A stretch of 64,000 bases of DNA from Octopus bimaculoides (Eukaryota), in assembly GCF_001194135.2 (NCBI RefSeq), contig NC_068982.1, positions 164,345,413 to 164,409,412 of the forward strand, read 5' to 3'. The notes below the pieces were generated by a model. The model had not been told where the DNA came from, ran no database searches, and worked only from the letters and a program-made list of their open reading frames with translations. The translations under genes and the position numbers were made by a program. Shown here one piece after another: positions 38,446 to 52,469 of the stretch; within the stretch, counting starts at the first letter, position 1; the number at the start of each line of letters is the position of its first letter.

Positions 38446-38885
38446 TATCTGTAGTCTTCGAATTAGCTCTCTCCTTTCTGGTTTTGAGAAGCCTAATTTC
38501 TCAAGATTGGTATTTAGGCAGTGTGTTACATATCCCAGGGCCCGAATAATTACAGTTATAAACCTGAACTTGTAACTTCAGATTTCTCAATAGTTCAGCA
38601 TAGGTGTTCTCTTTTTCATTGAGGTCTACACTGGTACACTCCGCTAGTATTCCTTTTCATTAGGAGAGGCTATGGATTCTACTATATTGTGAATTTTTAT
38701 TTCGTTATCTTCGGGTTCCTCCTTCTGACGGATTTCGTTATAGAGTGTCCTAGCTACAACGTCATGTCTGATCGGTAGATAATACGCGATGACATTTTCG
38801 GACAACTGCTTATGATGTGGGTGATATCTTCAGTGTGGACTCTAAAAAGACTGTATCGGTTGTCACAGTTTACGGCTTTTCCTAC
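38446..38885 (-). mobile_element. R4/Dong-type fragment (CCHC knuckle plus C-terminus, internally deleted)
   Basis: The minus strand reads VHTEDITHIISSCPKMS..YYLPIRHDVVARTLYNEIRQK and FRFITVIIRALGYVTHCLNTNLEKLGFSKPERRELIRRLQ. Confidence 0.7.
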
Positions 38886-39599
38886 ATGTATGTATGTATG
38901 TATGCATGTCTATGAGCAGAGATGACTGATTAAACAAGCAAGGCTTCTTTGTGGATCTTCAGCAAGGGTGGTACAAATTACAACCTGCTTTACTACGAAA
39001 AGATTCCTAACATTATAATTTTAAGCCTCATTAAATAAAATACCAAAAATTATGATAGAATATATTTTGGAAGCACTGAATATTAATTTTTTGATTATAA
39101 ACAAAACAACAACGATAGCATACTTTTAAAATCTGAACTCAATAATTTTATTCATAAAATCAACTTCTATTCTATTTAAAGAATTTTTAGTATTAAAGAT
39201 AATGACTCACGAATCAATTAAGTGAATTAATGTATTAAATCAGGCTATCTATCACTGATATCTTTTCCCCACAGCGCAGTAGAGTGTATTACAGTTTTAA
39301 ATCTGCACAAGGTCATAATAAACTTAATCAAATCTATTAAGAAACTGAGAGCAGGCATGCGTGTCTGGTTAAGGTTTGCTACAAGGTAATTCCAATAGCT
39401 AGAATGATTGAGCGGATCCGAATGTATTCTAGCATCAACTCACGCATGACGGAGATTTCATAATTGTATATATGATGTAAGGAGCTAAAACACTTTCATG
39501 TACACGCGCACAAACGCACACACATGTACACAAACACACGCACGCGCGCGCACACACACATACACACACGCACATAAACACACACACATATACATGATT

Positions 39600-40400
39600 A
39601 TATATATATAACATTCTTTTCAGGATGAGATAAAGAACCAGAAGATTTTAGAACATTTATAAATAGGTCTTACAGCCGTTTCCAGGATATTTATTATATC
39701 CCTTCATCGAAGACGTTGTGAGAGAATGGTTAAGCAATAGTTAATTCAGATAAGATACGAAATAGAGAGTGAAGTGGAGGAATGAAAATAGATGTGAGAT
39801 ATGCAGGGATATTGCATTTGTAGATCCATTATTTAGGCAGAATGGTATACATATAATATTCGAATACCTTGTGAGTAAAATCCAATAGTATTTAAAATTG
39901 GTCATTCCATGTATAGAGTTTGTACACAGTGCTATTGAATCAAGGGTTTTATTTAAAGTGACCTAAAAGTAGGGAATGTATGTGTAAGGTCAAATCGAAA
40001 ACAGGAAGAGAGGAATAAAAAGAAGTGAAAAAGCAAAAAAGGAGAAAAAGAAAAAAGAAAAAAACAGGAAGATAGGAATAAAGAAAAGAAAGAAAAAAAG
40101 AAAAAACAAGGAGAGAGATAATAAGGGAAAGTGTACCAGTTAGTAGTCAGTCAAGGTAATTTCAAAGTAGGAATGGGGATATGAGAGTGATAAAGAGAGA
40201 ACGGTATTAGAGTGTAAAAATATAGAAGGAATGGTCGGTGATAGAGAGAGATAAGTATAAAAAGTAAAGGAGTGTCAGTTATGTAGTGATAGAGTCTAAG
40301 AGATTGGGCAGAAAGCGGGGTAGCAGTATGGAATGAAGAATTTAGGAATATAGATTAGGTGGTTGGACACGTCAGTGAATAGTAGTAGAAGAAAATATAT
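39600..40400 (-). mobile_element. Penelope-type 3' tail / pseudo-LTR with pyrimidine tract and hammerhead relic
   Basis: A long C/T-rich minus strand leads to an HHR related to those at 14644 and 61125, and ends at (TA)/(CA)n. Confidence 0.55.
39667..39714 (-). ncRNA. Hammerhead motif, UCGAUGA core
   Basis: GUCU-UCGAUGA-A-GGGAUAU-AAUAA-AUAUCCU-G-GAAA-CGGCUG-UA-AGAC. Perfect stem I and 7-bp stem II. Confidence 0.6.
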
Positions 40401-40425
40401 ATATGTGAAGATATATACATATGTA

Positions 40426-41270
40426 TAGATCTAAACTCTCACTCTTATGAACCGCACCATAAGCCCCACGTGTAACTTTCTTACGTGTATAAGCAATCTT
40501 ACCACCCCTATAGTGTTCAAAAACCTGATAGTAGATAATAGTAATAGGATATCAAATCCCATTTCTAACAATGCTCTCTTGCTAACAGTGGTTTCAAAGA
40601 TAAGATATACTACAACCATTCTAGTAAGGATATGAATCATGTAAATAGACCTAAATAAAGATCTAGGAAACTGATTTGGTTCATTCCCATCCGCCGCCCT
40701 AAATGTGAAAATTGACGCAGGTAAGAGATTCCTATCACTCTTAGGTAAACATCTCCCAGAAATTGATAGATACGGAAAGACAACAGACACTTAAACGAAG
40801 TGTTATATAGCTGCCACCCCAAATATGAAGAGCCTCATTACTCGTAAATACCACCAATAGTCTACTCCCAGTTGTAACTCTCGAGACCCAGGAGCTAGCC
40901 CACTTGATTAGGCGTACATGATTAAATCCATCGTAGATAATGCAGGAGTAAGAGTAACGCCACATAACCTAATCGAAAATAATTACATCACGTTATACGT
41001 CAGTGACTTCAAAAGATGCTGTACTAACTTAGCTGCTTTCCGGCACATGGACAAAAATAAAGACACAAAGCTGGCTAGCCACCTATGAGGTGGTTTGAAG
41101 GACACATGATCTTAAAAATGCAAGTTATGTGCTGCTGAAGCATTTCAAGTCCTCTTTAGACCTAAGAATGTTTTTTGTAACAAAACTGTCCGATGAACGG
41201 GAACGTGAAACTCAAAGTAACAGTCTTTTGTTATATTTCTGCTGCTTTTAAATAAAGTAACTGTAAACGT
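40426..41270 (+). mobile_element. Penelope-like element fragment (RT thumb plus GIY-YIG), copy 1
   Basis: RSRKLIWFIP, IDAGKRFLSLLGKHLP, YSC-TPNMKSLI, SDFKRCCTNLAAFRHMDKNKDTKLASHL. The tail carries an HHR. Confidence 0.85.
41185..41224 (+). ncRNA. Compact type I hammerhead (CCGAUGA core variant)
   Basis: ACUGU-CCGAUGA-ACG-GGAA-CGU-GAAA-CUCAAAG-UA-ACAGU. Perfect 5-bp stem I and a GNRA-capped stem II. Confidence 0.72.
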
Positions 41271-41274
41271 CCTC

Positions 41275-42075
41275 TTTGTGAGAAGCCCCTTGTAGTTCAG
41301 GCTTCCGTTGCTAGAAGCCACTTGATGCGACCTTCGTGCATCACTCTACCCACCGGTGTCGTCGAGTAGAGTCCTACTGCAACGTGGTGAGTCTTTGTTT
41401 TGCAGTGCTTCTTCCCTGTTCGCCGATTTTTGCGATGGCTGAAACAAAGGAACCACTTGCTTCCGTGAAATTTTGTTTTCTGCTGAGGAAAACGACGGCC
41501 AAAACAGCTGGCATGCTTCAAACAGCTTACGAGTACGCTGCCATGAGCAAAACACAAGCTTACGATTGGTTTTTCCCCTTTTAGGAATGATGACTTGTCA
41601 CTTGAAGACCAGCTTGGTTCAGGACGACAATTGAGTTCCCAAACAAATGAAAACATTATGAAAGTTCATGAATTGATCTTGGAGGACCATCACCAAGCAA
41701 TTGACGAACTTGTTGATATCATTGGTGTGTTATAGAGTTTCTGCCAACAAATTTTCAGCGTGTAATTGCGAATGAAAAGGGTTGCATCATAATTTGGCCC
41801 TCGCTTGCTCATGGATGATCAAACCAAGTCACAGAGAGTCAAACGAATACGAGTCAGGAGCTGAAAGAACAGTTCAAACTTGATCCGGACCTTCTTTCGA
41901 AGGTCATCACTGGTGACGAAATCTGGCGCTACAGAATTTGCAGATGTGGAAGCGGCGAAGAAAAAACGACGGAGGCATTAAAAGGTATCACATCCCAGGA
42001 GTTCCAGCCGTACTTCGAACAGTGGAGAACGCATATGGACCGGTGCATTGCTTCAAATGGAGAATACTTGTAAAC
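41275..42075 (+). mobile_element. Mariner transposon, internally deleted
   Basis: MAETKEPLASVKFCFLLRKT..MLQTAYEYAAMSKTQAYDWF, LSLEDQLGSGR, RMKRVAS, KVITGDEIW, then FEQWRTHMDRCIASNGEY. Same family as 50655. Confidence 0.88.
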
Positions 42076-44924
42076 ATGTAAAACTAAGCGAATAATAATA
42101 AATAAAGGCTTTTTTTAATGAAAAGTGGCGATAAATATATACAACTGAGGTAGAATTAAGAGGAATAAAAGTCATTTTATATATATATATATNNNNNNNN
42201 NNNNNNNNNNNNNNNNNNNNNNNNNNNNNNNNNNNNNNNNNNNNNNNNNNNNNNNNNNNNNNNNNNNNNNNNNNNNNNNNNNNNNNNNNNNNNNNNNNNN
42301 NNNNNNNNNNNNNNNNNNNNNNNNNNNNNNNNNNNNNNNNNNNNNNNNNNNNNNNNNNNNNNNNNNNNNNNNNNNNNNNNNNNNNNNNNNNNNNNNNNNN
42401 NNNNNNNNNNNNNNNNNNNNNNNNNNNNNNNNNNNNNNNNNNNNNNNNNNNNNNNNNNNNNNNNNNNNNNNNNNNNNNNNNNNNNNNNNNNNNNNNNNNN
42501 NNNNNNNNNNNNNNNNNNNNNNNNNNNNNNNNNNNNNNNNNNNNNNNNNNNNNNNNNNNNNNNNNNNNNNNNNNNNNNNNNNNNNNNNNNNNNNNNNNNN
42601 NNNNNNNNNNNNNNNNNNNNNNNNNNNNNNNNNNNNNNNNNNNNNNNNATATATATATATATACATATATATTGCCATTTTGAATTTTCCCCAGTTTTGA
42701 GTATTTTATCGACTTACTGTATTGTTGAGATGAGTGTCATTTTTTCCACAAGTCCTGCTTACAGAACTCTCTTAGTAGGGGAGTGTTTCGAGATATTCTA
42801 CATTGCTTACAATCATTAACCATACATAGAAAAATAATGCCAGTTTGACCTTCCTCTTAGCACGCTTTATATCCATGGAGTTCAGCCTAGAAATAAACCT
42901 ATCTAGAATAAATAATCTAAGTAGCTTGGGGCTTCAGCGATACATTTTAGAGACCTCTCAATGCTGCTGGCAAAAGAATCTTTATATATCGTTGGATAAA
43001 GTAACATTTGATAGAGATGCAAACTATAATAAGTAAACCGTGGAGAATAATAGATTCAGAGAAAATTAATTTTATTCCTTTCCTCACTATATCGAAAGCA
43101 TCTTCAATTAATGAAATCCACATTCAATAAAACGAAAAATAAACGAAAAATGACCTTTAACCCTGGTATTATAAGCTCCCCATCCATACGGAATATGGAA
43201 TCTAATATCCTCAAATCCGGAAACATTTCCCCATAGGACATAAACGGACAAAACTATTCAATTAGCAAAACATTACGGTTGGTTTCTACTCTATAAAGAA
43301 TATAAGGATCACTTTGGCCCGTAGTAAACGTTGGAAACCACACAATAAGCTCATGCATCCGAAGATTAATTTCGCAGAGAAGACATAATAGCAATTGTCG
43401 AAATAGCTTGGAGTTATGTTTCCTAAGCAATTTATGCAAAACTGAGTGGATCCTTAATTTATTGAAGCATAATCTCAGTCACTGGAGACAGAGAGACTAT
43501 CACTTAATATTTATCAGAATAAGTCAAGTCAGTCTCAAGAGGTGGTGTTTATACCATTAGCCCAGCTTTAGACCTACACACGAAAGAAACAATGTACAGA
43601 CTGCCGATAGGTTTTAAGTCGTATATAAAATGGCAATCAGAATGAAACGCATCATTGATCAGCCTATTGCAATTCCATGTCAAAAGTTGATGGTCAGTTT
43701 TTGACAGACTTATCAATTATTTTTCCTGTCAAATTTAGATAGAAGATAATCTATTTTGATAGATGACAGCAGATACCTAAACAGTCCTTGGTGAGATACA
43801 ATATTATGTTACTTCTCAATATTGTATACCATATAAATCAATCTACATGAAGGTCCTTTGTCAATTTAATAGATTGGTTTCTATAATAATTTAATGATAT
43901 GAATTATATTGTTTCCCTTTTTATTTTCGTTTTGCCAGTTTGCTTTTTGTTATTTTAATGTTATTGTTACTTTTTCTCTTGCTTATCAAACAATTCTGCT
44001 ATTATTGATGCGTCGTTACCATGTACCGAATTCATTAATATTGTCTCTGGTGGAACTGTCTTCCAAATCTTAATTCTTAGTGAAAATAGCAAAAATATCA
44101 ATAACGTAAAATAAAACAAATAAAACATAAAAAATGAAACAAATTTAGTAGCAGGCAGCGAAACATTAGTGTTTGTGATAGATTGCTCTGTCTAGCAAAA
44201 AAGAAATTCGCTTAATATTTTCTCAAATTTTATTTATTACAGTAATTCCTAAATGTAATGGTTTAACACTTTAATTTCAGGAGAGAGTAACATCTATAAC
44301 TAAATCAGTATAGAATCAGCGATAGATTTACGAAACTGTAATAGCTCTATCAACAGAAATAAAATTTCATTATATAAACTCGTTTGACAACTAATAAGAT
44401 GAGGTATTTCAGTAATGCCTTCTGATCTATCAGCATTTATATGCTGGATTAAAGTCGCATATTTTCCTGAATTGCTAAATCTAATGTATATTGAAATCTA
44501 AGAGATCAATGTCGTGCGACGCTTATAAAACTAAAAAAAAAACAAAAAACACACGTTTAAATTTAATAATAAAACATATATTTTCTAATAGGTAGACAGG
44601 TAGATTCTAATGGAATTTTCAAGAGATACTTTACTGCAATACACCTAGTGAAATTTAGTGAGCATATATATATATATATACACACAAACCTATCATGATT
44701 TTAACTACGTATATATACATATATATATTTATACATATATTATTCACATATGTATGTAAGTATATATATATATATAATATATATATATATACATAAACAT
44801 ATACATACATATACACATACACATATACATACATATACACATACACACACATATATATATATGTATGTATATATATGTGTGTATGTGTGTGTGTGTGTGT
44901 GTGTACATGCATGTATATAGTGAG

Positions 44925-45075
44925 AACACATAGCCTAGGGGTTTTAGGGAGTTGGACTCACGATCGCGAGATCGTGGTTTTAAGTTCTTAAACCGGGTAG
45001 TGCGTTGTGTTCTTGAGCAAAACGCTTCATCTCATATTACTCTGCGATCACTTCCACATCTGACGCGTGGTACAT
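44925..45075 (+). mobile_element. tRNA-derived SINE 5' part (V-domain-like)
   Basis: A-box-like tagcctagggg, tRNA-like ggactcacgatcgcgagatcgtggtt, then gcgttgtgttcttgagcaaaacgcttcatctc. Confidence 0.65.
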
Positions 45076-45123
45076 AGTGGTACAATACTAATCTGTCAAT
45101 AGCCGATATTTTAGATGTTTCCC

Positions 45124-46270
45124 TAGATCTAAACTCTCATTCTTATGAACCGCACCATAAGCCCAACGAGTAAATATCTTACATGTATAAACAATCTTAC
45201 CACCCCTATATTGTTCAAAAACTTGATAGTAGATAATAGTAATAGGATATCAAATCCCTTTTCTAACAACGTTCTTGCTAGCAGTGGTTTCAAATTTATG
45301 ATATACTACAACCATTCTAGTAAGGATATGAATCATAAAAATAGACCTAAGTATAGATCTAGGAAATTGATTTGGTTCATCCCCATCCGTCACCCTAAAT
45401 ATTAAAAGTGACGCAGGTAAGAGATTCCTATCTCTCTCACGTAAACATTTCCCAGAAAATGACAAATACAGAAAAACAACAGCCGCTTAAACGAAGTGTT
45501 ATATAGCTGCCACCCCAAATATGAAGAGCCTCATTACTCGTAATTACCATCAATAGCCCACTCCCAGTTGTAACTCTCGAGACCCAGGAGCTGGCCCACT
45601 TGATTAGGCGTACATGATTAAATCCATCGTAGACAATGCAGGATAACAGTAACACCACGTAACGTAATCGAAAAGAATTACATCACCACGTTATACGTCA
45701 GTGACTTCAAGAGATGCTGTACTAACTTAGCTACTTTCCGGCACATGGACAAAAATAAAGACACTAAGTTGGCTAGCCACGTATGAGGTTTGAAGAACAC
45801 AAGATCTTAAAAATGCAAGTTATACGTTGCTGAAACATTTTATGTCCTCTTTAGACCTAAGAATTTTACTTTATTGCTCAATTCAAGATCAGAATTTTAA
45901 AACAAATGCAAACATATGGACAAGTTTCTTTTGGCGAATGGAGAACCCCGCCCTCATCGAATTCAGAAGCAGGCTTCTGTTGACTTTACACCAACTACTT
46001 TTTATGGTTTTGCGGTAAAAGGGACATTTATTTAATTCTTTTTCTTTCCGTTTTCCGTTTCTTTCACCTTTCTAAGTTTTGCATCTACCTTTCCCTCGTT
46101 ATTTTTCCTCGGTATTTTTTGTTTTATTGTTCTCATTTGTAACATATATAGGCCAGGTGCTCAGGGCCCGCGGATTGCTTGGAAACACTTGCAGTATAAT
46201 CAAAATCGGCCTAGAAAGCATCTCCGGCGTATGAAACTATTAGGAGCTTATAACTATATAGTGCGTACAT
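45124..46270 (+). mobile_element. Penelope-like element fragment (RT thumb plus GIY-YIG), copy 2
   Basis: Colinear with 40426-41169 over about 740 bp (roughly 85% identical by eye). It continues through ENPALIEFRS and a pyrimidine tail, with a very degenerate HHR near 46213-46245. Confidence 0.85.
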
Positions 46271-49200
46271 TAAGCAATACATACATACATACACATATAT
46301 ATATANNNNNNNNNNNNNNNNNNNNNNNNNNNNNNNNNNNNNNNNNNNNNNNNNNNNNNNNNNNNNNNNNNNNNNNNNNNNNNNNNNNNNNNNNNNNNNN
46401 NNNNNNNNNNNNNNNNNNNNNNNNNNNNNNNNNNNNNNNNNNNNNNNNNNNNNNNNNNNNNNNNNNNNNNNNNNNNNNNNNNNNNNNNNNNNNNNNNNNN
46501 NNNNNNNNNNNNNNNNNNNNNTATATATATATATATATATGTATATATGTAAACAGCCCAATAACTGAAGCAGGTAAAAGATATAAAATACACACATGCA
46601 TATAAACAATACTATATATGTATACTTATAGGCATATATGTATACATATGCCAATGTGAATGAATGCTTGGGATAATCCCTCTCCATCACTTTTCTTAAG
46701 TTTATTCCATTTACTCCAGTTTTCTTATCGATTTTCATGTGTGTAAAAATACTGGGGGTTTCATAGGGTAGTAGCAAAATATATCGTAGTAGGTGTAGCT
46801 CGGTTAATAATATAGGGATAATGGTATTTATATCAATGTCGCTGCAAATGATTCATTGCGTTAAAAAACATATTTAAGAAGAAAATGACAAATTGTGGCC
46901 TGAAACACAAGGTATTTCGGTATTATATCCTTATTCGGAGCAGTAATAGTGATAAAATGCTGTATGCTGTGATGTAAGGCAAAGCATTAGTATTGTCAAT
47001 GTAACACATTATAGTGTAAAATAAGTAATTCTTTAGCCTGTATGTTATTCAATCATTTTACGAAATGGAATTATTGCTTTCCTTCTGATTTCAAGTTTCG
47101 TTTCAAATGTGAGCTCACTTTTATTTCCGTCCACTATAGTGATGATGATCTCTTTAGAATAAATTATTTAGTTTCCTAGCAAGACAAATCATATTTATGT
47201 GATGAAATAACAGAATACCTTACCCATTCAATCATTTCCTCTTTCTGTACGATAAACCTCTGTACAATGTGTTATTCTGGACATTTTCATATTATAGGGT
47301 TATTGTGTTTATTTCAAATGAATGTAGTCCTTTAATAAATTATTCATCCTTATTCGCAATGTGTAGTAAATTAGAGGAATGTCCTACACTGTCTAATCAG
47401 AAAGCTCTATGACTGCATTTGTGACCAGTAAAACCTTTGTTAATTATGTCAGTATCGGTGAAAGCATTTCGTCCTATATTACCTCTATATCTAATTTCGT
47501 TTTCTCATACACAGAAATGTTCTTTTTATTATTAAATTTCTATAAACATCATAAGATTGTTATGCTTACTAGAAGTTACACTATAGCAATGGTAATATAT
47601 GTTTTGATTCGGAATCTTTTTTTTTTTTTCATACTTAAAATTTTGATCTGCTTTAATGACTGTTGCATATTTCAGATGATTTGTTTCACAACAATTGGGG
47701 GAATATGAAAGACAAAATACACAGAAGAGGCTGTTTATATAAGAAACTAAGAAAAAAAGATAAAGAACAATATCTATTCACAGACAAATGAAATTAATTA
47801 TAATTTATCTAATAGAGAAAGATATAAACAACTCCAAGACAAATTACATGGTAAATTGTATTTCAATAATGAAAATGTGGAAATACACTAGAAATATAGA
47901 TTCGGTGAAAGAGAACATATCAACAATATAGAATTGACATGTAATTCCATATAGAGACTTGCAGGCTTATAGAGATTAATTTATCACTGCCATGTTTTCA
48001 AGGAAGTCATTTGCTACTGCGGATTATTGTAACAAATAAAACTTTGTGGATTAACTGCCAGTCAATTAAACCAAAACAAATACCGAATAAATTCCTTGAC
48101 TAATATCTTAAAATGAGAGCTAACAAATTTACAAAATTATTGATTATAGAAAAATTACTATTTGCTAGCACTGTATGTTCAGTTTAAATAGTAGATTTCT
48201 GTATGTGATAATCATTGTTCTACACTTACATAATGGCAACTAGGCATCCTGACCGTATATCACTCAGAAGGATTTCTTACAATTTTATGGAATTTTGATA
48301 TTATATGTTTATGATACAGATATGGTAAGTTTATACTACTGAAGTTTATACTACTGAAACTGAGGCCCACTTTTATTGGAACTATACTCTGTAATCAAGC
48401 ATTAAATCACTGCTCATATAGTAACATCATGCATACATTAAGTTTTGTTTATGGTGACTATTTTTCTTTTTATACCATTACAACCTTCCTTCTATAAACG
48501 CTGACCGACCCTGTTGTGATAATGTAACATTTTTCAGCAGGATTTACTTACAATCACTACATTTATGAACTATAATCCCTTATCCATTGACATCATTACT
48601 CACCAAAATGCTGGAGTATTCTATCAATGGGTCAATGGGAGGCAATATATTGTTTAGTGAACTTTCCTGATTATCACAGACAGTAAAACACTTGATACGC
48701 CACTCGTTGTATTGCTGTGGCTCTTTGCGTTACGAGTTTAAATCTCGCCGCGACCAGCTTTGCCTGTTATCATTCTAGAGTAGATAAAATAAACGGCCAT
48801 CTATTATACCCCACTCCCAATTTTGGCGCACTGTTCTGACATTAAAAATTATTTCAACTCAGAAAACTGATGGTGTACTCAAAGACGAGCGCTCAGTTAT
48901 CATCCTTACAGCAAAAGATTCTGAACACTCAAAAAGGCCGTTAATATACCACACAGTGTAACAAATCTATGTTCTATAATATTCGAGACTCTCTGTAGCC
49001 ACAGCTGCAATATGTATATTTATTCCTATAACTTGAATAAGAATAACTTTTTATAAAATTAACAGTTGTTATCGCAGAGAATTCTATGTTTCTCTTCGGA
49101 AAAAAATATAGATCTACACGACATAACCACCGGATTATTTGTACTGTGAGCAATTTAAGCTAGATTAACGCTGTTCCATTATATTCTCCCCGAATTATGC

Positions 49201-50654
49201 GAACTGTAATTTTTATCTGTAATTAGTATCTATCTAAAACAAAGGCAGCTGAATAATTGTGCGATAAGACTGTTGACAACGGCCACAGCACAACATTGGT
49301 GACAATATGTAAAACAAAGAAACTTCAGTCAGCAGACCGGCAGTAATAAGGTTAGCTGTATTGATATATAAAAATAATATCTAAACAATTGAATGTCGGC
49401 TAAAAAATTGATTTGTGTTTGGTGATGGAGAGAAAAGCACATAGAAATAATCAGATTAAAACGGAATTATCAAGATCTATGTCATAATCTATTACAAAGA
49501 ATGGTAAAGTTGTTCAAACATTTGTTTCATTATTCTAAGACCTTGTATAATATTATTCAAATCAGTATCAAAACAAAAATAAAATTAGAAACAAAGAAAG
49601 TACTATTTAATGGAAAAAAGAATTATTCTTTTATCCATTTCTGCCTTCAATCAAAATCATAACGCTAAAAAAATCTGTTGAAGCTGATATTATCCACTTT
49701 TTTTGTTATTTATCATTTTTGAAAGTTATTTTAATATTAGTGCAAAATATTTGCAACGAGTGAAGTTCAAGCTTATTTTCCTTTCAGGATTTGTATGTAA
49801 AATATTAAAGGAAATTTAATGTGAGAGATTTAAACAACTGTTGAACATCTTATTACTCAATGATTTGCCTAGTATAGTTACAGTGTCTTTGGGCAAGGGT
49901 TTAGGAAATTATTCTGATCCATTTCTTAACAAGGACTATGTTATCTAGTCATAAATATGGCGAGTTAGCACAATCAGTAGAGCTTCCAACTAAATATTCT
50001 CAAGTAATTATCCTTATCTATTTACATTCTTTGTAACAAAGTAGGCTCCATTCAATAGGCAAACCACCAAGGTTTGTGCTTATTTATTTGCATGTGTTAG
50101 TGTGTATGTGTTTACAGAAATGTCTGTGCATATATGGGTGCATGTAATTTAAATCTGCTATCTGTATTGTTGATAAGGACGCTAAATACTGTTTATCAGG
50201 GTTAGCTGAAATGAAGAATGTAATTGTTTTCTAGCTTTCCAAATAAAACCTAACATTTACATAAGAAATAAGAAATATTGCTACTTTATTCGTATTCAAG
50301 GGAAAAATTTTATAGCCAAATCTTATGGACTATTTCGTTGCTAGATGTATTCGCTACTAAAATGTTGACATTTATACACTTTTGTATTTGTTTTGGTCGT
50401 AGCACGTCAGAGAAATCTATATCTTAAATCTATTAAAAGTGAAAAGATATATTTACATAATAAACTTAATATGAAATGAACAGTGCAGTCTGCAATAAAT
50501 TATCAGGAATGATTTAAATCCGATTTAAGTTGAAAGATTTTAATATCAAAAGTTTTGGAAGGAACTGTTGAAATAATATTTGCTGAAAATGTCAATATTA
50601 GAATAGTAAACTATTACAAAACATTGGAAAACCTAACACAGGAAATACATCACA

Positions 50655-51922
50655 TACGAGGGGGTACTCCAAAGAAACCGGAATTTTGAAATATTGTTTT
50701 ATTCACTTAGTTTTATATGTTTGCACTTTTCTCGGCTCCAAAGTATTCTCCATTTCAAGTAATGCATCGGTCCAGATGCATTTTCCACTATTTGAAGTAA
50801 TCCTGGAAGTCTTGCGAAGTGATGCCTTTTAACGCCTCCGTCATATTTTCTTCACCTCTTCAACATTTGCAAAACGTTTTCGTCTAAGACCTTTTTTCCA
50901 TTCGGGTGAACAAAAAATGTTGCAAGGAGCAAGATCGGATGAATAGGGAGGGTGAGTAAGCCGGGTCATGCTATTTTTGCCAAACTTATCTCACACTCAA
51001 GGTAGTGTACGCATGGGCATTGTCCTAATGAAACCACCACTCTACTTTGTCACAGGTCGGGGAGTTTACGTCTTACTGCGTCTCGAAAATGCTTCAGAAC
51101 TGCCTAACAATTTGACCTGGTGGAACAAATTCTGTGTGGATAATTTCCTTTGCATCGATGAAACAAATCAGCATTTTCTTAACACTGGAATTCACTTGAC
51201 GCACTTTTGGGGGGCGTGATGATATTAAATACTTTTATTGACTTGATTGCGGCTTCGTTTCCCGTTCATAGCCGTAGCAACACCTTTGGTCATCAGTGAT
51301 GTCATTTGAAAGGGCAATTTCCAACTGTTCTTTCAGTTCCAGACACACATGCTTTTGATCTTCCGTGATCAAGCGGGGCACAAATTTTGCTGCAACTCTT
51401 TTCATTCTCAATTCCTCGGTCAAAATTCGTTGGCTGAAGCTCCATGACACCAGTGATATCAGCAGGTTCGCCAATTGTTTGGCGATGGTCCTTCAAAGAA
51501 AGTTTATCTATTTCCATAATGTTTTCATTCGTTCGGGAGGTCAACGGTCACCCTGAAGGAAGTTGGTCTTCAAGCGACAAGTGACCATTCCTAAAGCGTG
51601 AAAACTTGTGTTTTGCTCATGGCAGCGTCATTATAAGCTATTTGAAGCATGACATCTGTTTCGGCCGCCGTTTTCCTCAGTAGAAAACAGAATTTCACAG
51701 AAGCACACGGTTCCTTCGTTTTAGCCATCGCAAAAATCGACGAACAGCGAAGCACCACAAAACAAAGACGCACCATGTTGCAATACGACCCCACTGAATG
51801 ACGCCGGTCGGCACACTGATGTCCGAGTGCTGTATTAAGTGTCCTCTAGCAGTGGAAGCTTGAACTACGACGGGCTTATCCCAAAGAGAAAATTTCCAGT
51901 TACTTTTGGGTACCTCCTCGTG
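50655..51922 (-). mobile_element. Full-length decayed mariner transposon
   Basis: TIRs of about 30 bp (ta-cgagggggtactccaaagaaaccggaattt / aaatttccagttacttttgggtacctcctcg-tg), about 1.26 kb. The transposase relic runs from MAKTKEPCASVKFCFLL through RMKRVAAKFVPRLITEDQK and HDNAHA to PIHPILLL (degenerate PPYSPDLAP). Confidence 0.92.
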
Positions 51923-52469
51923 AGTTTCAGACGATAAATTTAAAACTATTAAGACGATATATGGACAAAGTATGAACTCGTGAACAATAATTCATTCAAC
52001 AAGGAATTAGAACTAATATATGCACAGAATGCAAACCATCAACCTAGTCCAAGGATTTATTTTTCTGGAATCATGAAATCTTTATCAGGTTGGAGGACAT
52101 TATATATAGGAGACAGGAACGCTCATGCAGAACACATCCAGTGTAATAGTATTAATATTATAAAAATCCAGAAAGCGTGAACGGTAAAGTGATGCACTGT
52201 GGACACAGAGAAATAAGGAAATAAGCAGTAATAGACCCTGTGCTTTTTGCATGCTCACTCAATACTAGCAAATCATTGTGCCTACTGTAATACTAATAAC
52301 AATATAGCTGTAAATTTCAGATTTCTGTTCAAAATTTCTATATTGGCAAATAAACACACGGTGTTCGGATTAAATTTGATAATATTTTATGCCTTCTTCT
52401 TTCAGGAACAGCTTGAAGTATTAGTAACCAGTCAACAAAACTAGACAGCATAAAGATTAAAGTTGTAAT

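Noticed and set aside
38790-38835. Minus-strand CUGAAGA...GAAA
   Set aside because: It lies in R4 coding sequence (HTEDITHIISSCPK) and has no stems, so it is coincidental.
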